From NCBI GenBank assembly GCA_001938485.1, contig MQRK01224224.1:1-60820 (forward strand): a stretch of 60,820 bases of DNA, given 5' to 3'. The translations under genes and the position numbers were made by a program. How positions within the stretch are numbered: position 1 is the stretch's first letter; each line of letters begins with the position of its first letter. Below are positions 25,030 through 37,419 of the stretch, piece by piece. The notes under the pieces are model-generated. The model did not search any database, had not been told where the DNA came from, and saw only the letters and a list, made by a program, of their open reading frames with translations. Origin of the DNA: Girardia tigrina (lineage: Eukaryota).

Positions 25030-27110
25030 GAGAAAGATTATCCCTATAAGCAAGATGGTTGACTCATTTAACATCCAAACCAAGATTGCCGATAGGGAAG
25101 TGAATTCCGTTAATCTAATATGACATTAGATGACTGATTTCTTACTAGTTAATTGAATTAAAGGAAATCAATTCTTCTACCACTTGCAGTTTCATGTTTT
25201 GGATAGAAAAATTTTACAAGAATAATCTTCTCTTACTAACAGTAAATATATTATTCCCAGATCTCATGTCGGTTCGCTCATCAAAAAAATGACATCGTTT
25301 TAACACAAAGTCCTCTTTCATATTCTCCACACTCGGCCAAGTTTGATCATTTTATTTGCTTTTTTTTAACATAAATTTTTAGCAGTATTATTAACTATTT
25401 TCATTTGCATTTTAGTTTTTTTTCGAAATGATCATAACTTTGTCGACCTGATTTAATTCTGATTAAATTAGGCAAAGATTAATAGAACTTTAATGACGTT
25501 TTTAATGCTTAAAAATTTTAGTGTAATTATAATATTATTTTTTCACATAATAACTTAATTGATACGCACCTTCAATCAATACATTTTCGATCATACATTT
25601 AAATTTTATTTTAAAAAACATGTTTGTTAGAGAAAACCTTCATTCAAGCCTTATTTGGGTAGTTTCTTGTGTTTAGTGACATAGGTTGTCCTCTTTATAA
25701 CAACAGTCGATGGTTAAAAGAAATGAAGTAAATGAGATGAAGCTTAAAATGCGATAAAATTATAACCTTAAGAAAACGACAATTTTTTTTCGAAATAATT
25801 AGTCCATATTCTACAGAAATTACTGGCTTCGAAGATCGATTAATTAATGCTTTTATTTATAACAGCTATTTCTATTCTATATTTTTATTTTGACTATATT
25901 ATATTCATTATAATTTATCACGTTGAAGGGCATTTTAGTAGGCCTCCGATCTCTTTCAATGGTATTGAGCCTAAGGCTCTTTAGTAAGTTCACTCCAACT
26001 TAAGAGACTAGCAACTCCCGATAGGCTTTTATGGGGTCCTAAGCCCTCTTACGAACTCTCATCGGTCCTCCTGTGAAAAATGACTAACAATCTTCCAGTG
26101 AACCTAGAGCAGCCAGCGAAGGGTTATCTGAAGTTTCCTTTTCGAAATCGAAAACGTGCAACTTCTGAGAAGATCGTCTCAGAAGAATTCTGGCATATCT
26201 TTTTTCGTAGTTTATGTTCTTCTTTCTGATTTGCGTCACTTCTGCTTGATTGAAGTTACTTTGGTTGATATTTCTGTTGTTTGGTGGTCGTTTCGGTAGT
26301 GTCTGGTTAGCCATTCTTGAGTTGAGTAACTCTATAAGGTAAGGTTTTTGATCTGCATCTAGTTTGGTATTCTTGAGGTCTTTGCGAACATGTCGGTTCA
26401 ATTCTTTTTGTTCGGCAAACTTAGTGTAGCAGTTCTCGTAGTGGTATTGGATTAACTTCATTCAGTGGTTGATCAGTTTTAATAACTCACTAGGGGTTTT
26501 CCTGCAGTTCTCCTTTAACGGATTATCTGCATTCGGAGTATAGCACCTTTCTGTCCGGAAATGTTAATTAAGTCTTTACAGGCGAGTTTTGCTTCCAACA
26601 GCCATTCCAGATCAATCTTCAGGCATTCTTCTGATCTCTGCTTTCTTCTTCAACTGATTTTTGTGGAGCTTTCCATCGCACTTTTAAATGTTGAGTACAC
26701 TTCTTTGAGGTCTTCCTAAAAAGCTAAGGGAACATTGAATATAAGCCGTCTCTTATCAATGATGTCCATGGGGTGTTATATACCAATACTGATCGTTTCC
26801 ATTCTGATTCTGTATCTTATCAACATTATGTGGTGTTCTTGTGCATATATTATGGAGTGCTTTTAGTTAACGAATCTTCTTTCCATTCGCTCACCAGTTT
26901 TCGGATCCATAATATACGATTGGGAAAATGCAACTTCCAATTAGAGTTTTTTTGTTTCTGATATTTAACTTATTACACTCCAGAACTGGTCTTAGTTCTC
27001 TTAACTTCATAATTTTTTATTTATTACCAGTTGATATTGTCAAATATTCACCCGGTTTATACATGTTATATGCGAACCTTCTCGAACTTTTAAAAAATTT
27101 TGTTTTTTAA
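25030..27110 (-). mobile_element. Heavily degraded retroelement-like sequence (non-LTR?)
   Basis: Coding-like composition, a 125-aa ORF at 26084-26461 and vague RT-like remnants near 25090-25200. No clean motif. Confidence 0.3.
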
Positions 27111-28914
27111 TGATTTTCTCCATAATCTTCTTTTTTTGATAATAAATTAAAGCATGCATTCTCGGTATCGACTAATGTGGCCCTCAGTCACCGTTTACCC
27201 CCTTTGATTATTATTCCACGCTATCCCAAGTAGCCTCTCAACTCATCTCCCTCTTCATCTATTGTATTGTTTTATTTGCTGTTTTATCAGTATTACTTAT
27301 GTAATGAAAGATAAATTTAATAAAACTTTCCTTTCCTTACTATGTTAAGTCAGAAAAAAGTTTTATTTAAATTAAAACCATTTATCGTTAAAATACAGAC
27401 AATTAATTTATTGTTGGTTTTCTCACAGTCTTCAAGGTTTTACTAAATCAATATATTCTTGTGATTTATATAAATAGTGTTGGTCTCGCGATGTTGAGGG
27501 TTATTAATAACGTTGCTTCAATACGCATTAACTAACGTACTCATCAGTTGAATTTATTACAACTACCGTTTAATCTTTTCTTTTAATTATGTCACTTTAA
27601 CTAATTTTCGTTTTATATGCTATATTGTGATGCGGTGGGAGTTATACTAGTTTACTACGAAATTGTCTAATAAGATAGAATTCTATATTGTACCTGAAAG
27701 TTGGAAGCAGTTTTTCAAAATCCTGCTTCCAAAACCTGGGAAACAGGGACAATATGGAAAGTATCATCGTCGAAACGAATTGCTCTTTTAGAGTGTGAGT
27801 ACAATATATTAGCTATGTTTTATAAAGACCCTAGTCAAATGGAACCTTTACTAAACATGAATTTAAATTCAGACAGTATAGAAGAACCCCACGTGAAAGT
27901 TTAGCACTTCGATTCGGAGGTCCTTAACAAATTACTTCAAACATCCAATTACGGGGTAATGTAGTTCGGGGACAATGATTTTTAATTAGATGAGAATTAG
28001 TCGTCAGGTGGATAAGTCTAAGATATAGGAAATATAAAATATATCGGGTCTGGTGGAAACGATCACCCAAATTAGTTGCTCAGGGGGATGGCGCAGTCAA
28101 AGAACCCGGGTAAAACATTGCACGGTTTACCAGCCATGTGGATGCAATGAGGAACAGACCGGAATCTTTTGCCCTCAGCTAAAAAAAAATCTGACCTAGT
28201 ATACTCCTAAATAGTACAAAAGCAGGCCAAAATTTACAATTTCTAGAATGTATTTAAAATTATTACAATGTTTGAATTAAGCTAAGGCTTAAATTAGAAA
28301 AATATATTTATTTTTAGATAGTTAATTAAAATGTAAAAATTAAATAATAATTTATGAAACTTTTCAAACATTAACTGAATAAATTTCAATACTACTTTAC
28401 TGTTTATTATTATATTGCACATACAATTTATTACTTATTTTTAAATTGATTTGTCAATTTAATTAAATTGTATAATTTTATTTGCGATAAATTAAAAAAA
28501 CGAATAATTCCAAGACACATAGATATGTATATATATTTATGTATAAATATAACCGAGTGGGGAAATTGGATCAGAATCGTTAAGATGACACATCGCACAG
28601 AATTTATAAAGCAATTATTAGAAAAGAATTTATATTGATTTATTTTTTATTTTGAAGTGACTTGTGAGATGAGTTAGAAGTGGACCTCATGATTTGATTT
28701 AAACGAACATTTTAGTTCAAATTTTTCCTGTTAACAGAAATCTTGTTAAATAATGAGCGGTTAATTTCAGTCTGAAAATAATGATATAAATTTGTTTACA
28801 ATTTAAAGTATATAATTCCAGCTCGAGGCTAAAAACAAATTTCTAATTGCGCGACTGTTTAGCCGAAAGTCGTCCCGATATTCATATTATATATAATTAT
28901 GTTTGTATAATATT

Positions 28915-29030
28915 GAGTCTTGTGAACAATAATTTCATATTTTAGAAAAATAATTTTGTTAAGCCTTTTTTTAAGAAAGATTATTTGACATGTTTCGAAG
29001 TTTCAAACATAATTCATCAATTTGTAAAAT
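28915..29030 (-). repeat. Copy of the hammerhead-containing repeat
   Basis: Reverse complement reads TTGATGA-ATTATGTTTGAAACTTC-GAAA-CATG-TC-AAATAAT, followed by the family tail ending GTTCACAAGACT. Confidence 0.65.
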
Positions 29031-29919
29031 TTTATTGCTAATTTTTAAATTTTATAAAATTACAAATTAAAATGAAACATGGTATATTTTTCAATATGTA
29101 TTTAGTTTCCTAATGTTATTATTAAATATTAATAATAATTTACATTTATATTTTAAAGATTTTAAGAATTGCAACGGCCTTACTTTATCCGTTTTAAATA
29201 TTAAGTAATGGGTTGTAGAGTAATCAATTATGATTCATAGCACTGTCATTCGTAATGTTATCTAAAGCCCTTCTGTAAAATTGAAAACTCATCCTTTGAA
29301 ATAGAAGAGATTCTTTTTACAATGAAACTAATGATCGAGAACACTTCTAGATCGACTTGAATGTGAATGCTCACTAATCTGATTTTGAGATGATGATTTA
29401 TGTCTCTAATGTTGGCGTCCTATCCCTTTCAATAATATTTATCCTCTAGGCTCTTTAGAGGGTCCACCCAAACTAAAGAGTATGTAGCAGCACCTAGATA
29501 GACCCGATATGAGGTCGGATTACTTCAGTCTCCTACCATGGATTGTAGTTCAATGGTTCTGCATGTCTTTGGCTGTTTCTGTGGACTTTATACAGCCGTG
29601 AAACTTTATACATCTGAACTATCCTTTGGCAGATAAGTCTGCTATCGTAAAAGATATACGTGTTTCTTCAGCATTGATCATTTCTTCCACTACCTTAGAG
29701 GTAGTCTGAGGTTCCGTTACTAAATGACTTTCAATTTTTTGAATATCTTTGGTATTTTGGTCGGTTTCCTCAATTGTGCTGCTGAACTGGTTGATTTTTT
29801 CTGCTTGATTCTATGCAATTCTGACAATTTAGGGTCCTTCTAGTTTTGGATCCCTATTGATTTGTCTCTTTAGCACCATTTTGCTTTATGAGTCTTTACA
29901 GCAGGTACATTTGAAAAGT

Positions 29920-30050
29920 TTTGAGACTTCGGTAATCTTACCAATGTACGAGTTTCTACACTCGTGATAATTAAATTTATACACCAGATTAGCTTGTAAT
30001 ACACAAATAGTTTTCGATTTATTTGAGATGAATCTTTTAATTTTAGATGT
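29920..30050 (-). mobile_element. Penelope-like GIY-YIG fragment, opposite orientation to its neighbour
   Basis: NLVYKFNYHECRNSYIGK (VY...C..YIG motif). Confidence 0.6.
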
Positions 30051-30164
30051 CATTGAATAAATAAATTTCATTAAATAAATAAAAATTCGCAATTAATATT
30101 TGATAATATCCTTCAAAAGCACAATGCATTCAAAAATCTATCATTTTATATTCAAATTTTTAAA

Positions 30165-30660
30165 AATTATATCACGATCTCATAAAATTCAAAATATGTT
30201 CAGTAATAAATCTATTACACCTTTAACACTTTGTTCTGATATTGTTTATGAATATAAATGTAATGGGTGTGATGCCACATACATTGGAGAGACTGTCCGT
30301 CATCTCTGTAAACGAATTCAAGAACATGGTCGAAAAGAGAGTAAGAGTAATATTGCAGAACATAGGAAAAAATGTAAATGCGATGTTAATTTTGATAATT
30401 TCAAAATTCTGTGTAAGCATTTTGACAGTTATTGGGAGAGAGTGTCGTGTGGAGCATTGTTAATTAGGTCACGTTGCCCTAAAATCAATGTTCAATCGGC
30501 AGTCTTAACTAGTTAATTGAGAATTTTTGATTAGCATGATTTCATGCAATCGATTACATAATCATCATTTTTGTATTTATATACAGGTGAATTGATTATT
30601 AATTAGTGACCTGAAGATGACGGTTGATGCATCGAAATATATTGTCAATAAATATATTTT
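30165..30660 (+). mobile_element. Penelope-like retroelement 3' end (GIY-YIG endonuclease plus pLTR/3' region)
   Basis: DIVYEYKCNGCDATYIGETVRHLCKRIQEH...IAEH...FDNFKIL is a typical PLE endonuclease. Hammerhead and AATAAA lie downstream. Confidence 0.9.
30607..30647 (+). ncRNA. Minimal type-I hammerhead ribozyme
   Basis: TGAC-CTGAAGA-TGACGGTTGATGCATC-GAAA-TATA-TT-GTCA: stem I TGAC/GTCA, both core boxes, palindromic TATA stem-loop III. Confidence 0.7.
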
Positions 30661-31063
30661 TTAATGGATGAGTGATGTTTTTAAATTTTTAATAATTTAA
30701 CTTTTTAAAAAGCAAATTTACATTCATATTTTACAAATGATGAAATGTAAAATGAAATGTATGAAACAGAAAATTTACATTTATTGTGACCATGAGAGTG
30801 CGATCAGATAAAATACATCACTATCATTCATTTGAATTATTTGATTATAATTACGTATTTTAATAATGAACTTCATAAAATTGTGTTAATATATCTTTTA
30901 AAATATATTAATTAAAATTCATGTGAAAATATTCTGTTTATATACCACAATAGTCACTCATACGCCTTAAGTGTTTTTTGTTTACTAAAAGCAATAAAAT
31001 TTTGAAAAAAGATTTTCAATAGTGAATATTTTCATCGACTTAATTAATGTAATGTAATAAATA

Positions 31064-31800
31064 CAGTCTGAGTCATATAATTATCACTTTTTTAAATAAA
31101 GCCCTATCTTTTCTATTATTTAAGATATATCTCTGTAATTTAGTATATATATATTACTCATGTTATATAACAATNNNNNNNNNNNNNNNNNNNNNNNNNN
31201 NNNNNNNNNNNNNNNNNNNNNNNNNNNNNNNNNNNNNNNNNNNNNNNNNNNNNNNNNNNNNNNNNNNNNNNNNNNNNNNNNNNNNNNNNNNNNNNNNNNN
31301 NNNNNNNNNNNNNNNNNNNNNNNNNNNNCATATATTTAATAATTAGTTTTCCTTCCACCAGCTTTAATCAATTGTAATACTCTAGTCTTCATCGATTTTA
31401 TCAGGTTTTGAAGAGTATCCAAAGGTAACCCATCCCAAGCCCGTACAGTGGCATTTGTTAGATCATCTTTGTTACGATATTGTTGTCCATCTTTGTAAAC
31501 AACCCTTGTGATTAAACCCCAGATGTTTTCGATGGGGTTTAAGTCTGGACTAATTGCAGGCCAATCCNNNNNNNNNNNNNNNNNNNNNNNNNNNNNNNNN
31601 NNNNNNNNNNNNNNNNNNNNNNNNNNNNNNNNNNNNNNNNNNNNNNNNNNNNNNNNNNNNNNNNNNNNNNNNNNNNNNNNNNNNNNNNNTTTCAAGCATT
31701 TCTTGATACGCAATAGAATTCATTTTATTAGAGATAAAGGCCAAAGTACTCTTAGATGTGGAAGTGAAAGCTCCCCAAACCATCACTGATCCTCCTTTTC
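31064..31800 (-). mobile_element. Tc1-like (DD34E) transposon, 3' half
   Basis: VMVWGAF and WPAISPDLNPIENIW motifs; TA|CAGT terminus at 31064. N gaps inside. Confidence 0.88.
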
Positions 31801-32131
31801 CTACACGTATTATATGTATTATATGAAATCAACTAAATACAAACTAGTTTTAAGTTATAAATCTTCATGATCGAAAGAGAAATTATATATACCACTTAAT
31901 TATTGAAACTGTAAGGGGAGAACAATATTGAATTTATTCGGTTATGTTTTTTATGCTTTTTAGAAATCATTTGTATTTCAATTTATTATTATTAATTTAA
32001 ATTTGTTTTTTTCATTTATACTTTATTTTTTGGCTCAATTGAAATGAGAATCACATGGAAATTATTAATAATGAATAAAAATTGGCCATTTCAAACAGGT
32101 GAACAAATATCACTACTATAATCATTTATTA

Positions 32132-32370
32132 CAGCAGTTCTCAACATTTTTTTCTACGGAGACCCATTTTCCAATTTTGTTAGGACTTCGTGACTCCAAA
32201 TAAAATCAAAATTACTAAAAACACATAACTTAATTTATTAACTACCAGCAATCTGCTACAATTTAATGAGATGGCTGATACTGTTTAGCTTTCACGAGTT
32301 CATCAATTTGTGGAAGTGTTGTGGGTAATGTACATCGTCAATCATTTCCATCAAGTCTATTTCTAGATTT
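32132..32370 (-). mobile_element. hAT Charlie/Buster transposon 3' end
   Basis: Reverse strand translates KSRNRLDGND*RCTLPTTLPQIDELVKAKQYQPSH*, the Buster C-terminal signature. Terminus CAGCAGTTCTCAAC. Confidence 0.8.
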
Positions 32371-32559
32371 TGATTTTATCAGCAATATCGAAGAGGAGCC
32401 TGTTTCATACATATAAATCGATTGAAAAGGTATTTTTGAAAGTTTTTTTTGATAAAACAGGATGCTTGGATTTATCCGCAAATGGATTTTTTGAATTTTT
32501 TATATTTTTTTCAGATTTTTTCCATTCTTTTTTTTGGCTTACTTTCCAGGTATATAAGT

Positions 32560-32892
32560 ATCCATGGTATTTAGAAACCTATTTATGAAGGCTTTTTACT
32601 TAATCAATTTTCTCCAAACTTGACACACTTACTCATTTTCGATGGCAATAAATGATAATGTGAAAATTTGGTCAAACTAGTAATTAAAAAATTTTTTTTG
32701 CAAAAAATGTTTTATGATTATCCACAATTTTTCCATTAATAACTTACCTTTCATATACCTATATATATATATATATATATATCCATGGAAATTAGAAACC
32801 TGTTTTTGAAGGCCTTCTACTCAATCGATTTTCTCCAAACTTTGTACACTTACTCATTCTCGATGACAATAAATTATGTGAAAATTTGATCG
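32560..32892. repeat. Two imperfect ~115-bp direct repeats (32560-32675, 32780-32892)
   Basis: Shared ATCCATGG..TTAGAAACCT..GAAGGC..ATTTTCTCCAAACTT..ACACTTACTCATT.TCGATG.CAATAAAT. Confidence 0.8.
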
Positions 32893-35800
32893 AAAAAAAC
32901 TTTTTAAGATCCCAAAATGGGAAAAAAACGGAAAATTCGTAGTTCCCGAACAATATTAATTGCAAGATATCTATTTATAAATTATAAGTAGTTTGTATTA
33001 ATTTTTAATGTGTTTTTTTTTAATTTAAAATTTTTTAAATCTTAAATTTTTAAATTTTAAAAACTTTGTTTGCAAAGTAGAGTTTTGTCTCAATAAAGAA
33101 TGGATATAAAAATTTTAAATTTTTGATTTACTATTTTTAAAATGTTTTAAATAGAAATGTTTTGGGTTTTTCCTTCCATACTTTATAATAAATTTACTAT
33201 GATATTAGTAACTATTTAATTGCAAATTGAAGTTGTCAAAATTTTTGTATGAAATTTCCCCTTTCTACAAAAGATAACAAAAAATTCTGTTGGCCAAGTA
33301 GAGTTCTGCCTGCATAAAGAATGGATATAAAAATGTTTTTTTGATTTACTAGTTAAATAGGGAGTCTTCAGGTTTTTTGAGAGAATAAGAAGTTGCGACA
33401 AATACATTAAACGGTTATTCTGTTTTAAATTAAAGAGAATTTCAAAATAATCCATAGCAATAAATAAAAAAATAAAAATTAAATATAACCACATAAACTG
33501 TAAAACAAATTATATCTTTAATTATGATAAACTGTATAAAAATAATTCACAAACTTCAGATATTCTATCTTATAAATTTTATATTATATTTATAACGAAA
33601 CTAAAATTATATTATTATTTATTCTAAATTATTTAATAAAAATTACATAACTAATTTCCATACAATTTCCGATGTTCTTTAAATGGATTTATTGATTGCT
33701 ATTTACTTTTTTTAAATTAGTCAACAGGGAAAAATTTTAAAAATGAGTTTTTATTGTATTTAGTGTTGCATAATAAATGAAACATTCTTTAATTTTATAA
33801 TATAACAAACATGAATAAATCTGTGTTTCTTTATAGAGAAAAGTACAAACACCATTTGAATAAGTACAATAATTTTGCTATCTGTTTAGTAGAAAGCTTG
33901 ATCAGATCTAAACAATTATACACAACGCAGCATGTGACATTAACAATTATTATTTTAATTCACAAGAATAAACGTTTTCAAAGATTTTATGTTTTCAGAT
34001 GTGCATATTTTGAATTTCCATTTGTTATTCACACTAAATAAATAACTCATTTGTGCATTACAACATAGGTTTCTGTGGAGTTTTCGATATGTTTTTTCAT
34101 CGTTTTTAGTCTAATATTTTTTAAAATAATGCTAGCTAATGTTAGTTTAACACATTACAATTTTTTCTGCAGAATTTTAGTCAAGCTACATTTTATTGCT
34201 TGAAAGATATTGTTAGTATCTTATCAATAAATGTAATTTATGATATAATATATCATCAAATAACATCTTGTGCATTCCATAAATTGAGTTCCTAATCGTC
34301 CTTCCTCCCGGTGACATAATGTCGATGTATCAAAAAATCGAACAAACAACTCTGAAAATTTACATTCTAACTATTTCATGCTTACTTATTAATCTCATTA
34401 TTCTTAAATTGTTAATAAATTCAAGAGCCTCAATTTGGAACTGGATATGCTACTAGTTGCTTCTCAAATGTGGCCTGGGCTTGATAAGACACTGAAAACA
34501 TATAACTACTTCATTCTCATTAAGTTATTAAATTATTGTTTATTGAAAATTTAGTTACATATCATAGTATTAATATAACTTATATAACAAAGTTTATAAT
34601 TATTTATTTGCAATCCTTTGCGATATTTGATGTTTTGCAATATTTTTGTTAGAAATTATGAAAATAATTAATAATGTTATCCTATAATTATGGGATTTGA
34701 TTTAAATACAGTTTATTGTTTTATAAATTTTAGGATGCAACGTAATATCAAGTTTCTCTAATGTAGTTTAGTTATGTTCTAAATCTCTGATTATATCTCA
34801 CAAATTATCCCTAAGGTCACCTTTCAGAAGTCATAACTTCCTCCATTCATTGAACTTTCCTTAAAACGCTCTTTGCAAACCAATAGGAAATAATTCATCA
34901 TATTACATGAATGAATTACTATTATTCGGAAAGGGATTTTGCAAAAAACAATTTATCTAGTTTTATGTTGCTTATGAGAAGTAGTTCATATTTCCAATAG
35001 AAAGATTGCTCCTATACAGTAGATTTCGATTGTCTCTGATCATTATCAGCTTTTAAATAATTTAAAACTAAATAACAAATTTATAGAGGAAAATAAAAAT
35101 TTAAACACTCTAATTTTTTTTGACAATGATGTATTAAATTTTTAACAATTTGAACTCAGTCACTTGAACCCTATTAGGTTTTTAAAATTAATTTAAATAT
35201 CTATAACTATGGTTCCTCCATCATCTCTTACACATACCTTTTAAGTCCTACCTTATGTTCGGCAGAAATGTATATCCACATGGCTTACTCAGTGAATCCT
35301 AGTTTCCTATATTCAATTTTTGACATCCCCGACAGCCTTTGATATCCTTAAAACTTCACAATATAATTTCTGTTAAAACAAGCCCGAGAGGAAACAAAAT
35401 TTGATTAATTTGGTATATCTGTGAAATATTTTTGAAATATAAAATAGAGAATGCATTAAATAGCATGAAAGGGCATTAATTTACAATACCTTTTAAGGTG
35501 TTTCGAATACCGTTCATTACCACAAATTATTCATTATTAACCAAGAAAATAACTTTAAATTTGAAGTTGTTTTAATGGTTTAGTAATTTTTTTAATATTT
35601 CTTACAGATATATTTTGTCGAGTTTTTTGAAGGATATATTTGATAAATACATTTAATTAAGACGTTAGCTTTCTGTTGGAAAATACTATTGTTAACTAAT
35701 AATATATACATATACGTATTACAATTGATCGGGTAGTCTATCTAGTGTCTTTCTACAGGATACATTAATTATAATTCTCTTTCAATCGAATGGCAATTGT

Positions 35801-36585
35801 TTCATTCGATATGCAACCAATACTTCAGTAGACGTCCAGAAATAACCAATGTTTTTATCAGTTTTGATGGTGAATGGAAAGTGATAGATTTATTCTGCGA
35901 TTGCTAGATTTACCAACATTATTCTCGTCAGGAATTAATGCAACCACATTGTTCTCTTTGCATCAGCAATGTTAGGGAAATTTGATGGCAATCAATGTAC
36001 CATGCTCATCAGCCACTAAAATCTCCTGCTAGGCTGTACAATTCAGTCTCTTACTTTTTATAGACTGTCTTTTTACATTTTCTTATAATATTTTCATTAA
36101 TTTTTTTTCTTGACTTGAAAACTCCAATTAAGAATAGTTTCTTTTTTTATGAAGTTTGCTCATAAAAACAGTTATAAATATACTTTAATTAAATTTTTTT
36201 GAGTATAGACGCTGATGTCAAATTGTTTAATTAAAAAAAATAATGGATCAAAAAATTATTTTGAGCTGAGGATGTGAGAAAGTCGGATTGGGCAATAATG
36301 GGAATTGTCAAAAGATAACTATAGTATTTGCCTCAGTCGCAGACTCGCCTGCCGTCGCCGCCACTTTCTCGTGTTCGTATTGTGCTCAATTGGTTCTGCC
36401 ACAGAAAATAAATCAAATGTTTACATATATTAGTTTACCAATCGGGTTTTAATAGATTATCGATTAGTACTACCACCATTTTTTGCTTTTCCATTAATTG
36501 AAAATTAATTGTTTGTCTCATTAATTCATTTTTATTAAAATTCAGAAATAATTAAATAATTTGATGATTTTTTGTTTTATTTTAG

Positions 36586-36642
36586 GCAGAAATCGGTTTT
36601 GGAAAACTGGAATCTTACACAAAATTGGACAAATTGGGGCAG
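36586..36642 (+). CDS. CDK16/17/18: PCTAIRE kinase 57-nt exon AEIGFGKLESYTKLDKLGQ
   Basis: Acceptor TTTTAG|GCA, donor CAG|GTGAAC, phase 0-0. Near-identical to CDK16 SEIGFGKLETYIKLDKLGE. Confidence 0.95.
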
Positions 36643-37419
36643 GTGAACATTTCTTTTTATTGTTTACAATTGTTTCATCAATCGTATACTTTACTAATGT
36701 GCAATTTTAAATAGAATAATGATAATATTTATGATATTTGTTGTTGAAATTCAATTGAAGTCCAGTCGAAACATTAGTGTATCTGATTACCGCCGATATA
36801 TTCATGTTAATATTATTCATCACACAGGGTTGAATGAATCACGGTTTTGACTAAAGATTGTTGTGGTAAATTACCATTAACAACATCCATCACGGTCATG
36901 AATAATTGACGCAATGAATTACAATTGAGGGGGATGATTCTGGGGCTGGGGTTGAGGTTCCATGGATAATTGCTATGAATCATTTCTACATACTACATTC
37001 ATCGAACTATGAAAGGCATTGTTTGATTGTAGTATAAAATAATATAATAATTCGTATTATCTTGCAATTACTCTAATAATTATGAACCAGTTTACTATTC
37101 ACGTGACGCTCATTGAAATGATCCTTCAATATTTGTGATTATTCTAATATTAGAATTTGTAAAATTGATAATATTTATATTTGCCGAAGTTTTTGTAAAT
37201 ACATATATCACTAAAATTTTTGAATAAATGGAAAAATGGTATAAATAAAATAAAAAATTTAATTTGATGATAAATTTCGACAAAATATCTGCCTGTCATG
37301 TTCGAGCTTTGATGTTCGTAAATCGTTCTTCTTGTCAAAGTAATGATCCTGTGATAAGCACTATATTTTATTTTTTAAAAATAAGAAAAAAATAATAGTA
37401 AAATCGAAAAGATAAAGTA

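Noticed and set aside
27510-27560. - strand CTGATGA followed by a GTACG/CGTAT stem (hammerhead-like)
   Set aside because: The second box reads TGAAG rather than GAAA, and there is no convincing stem I/III.
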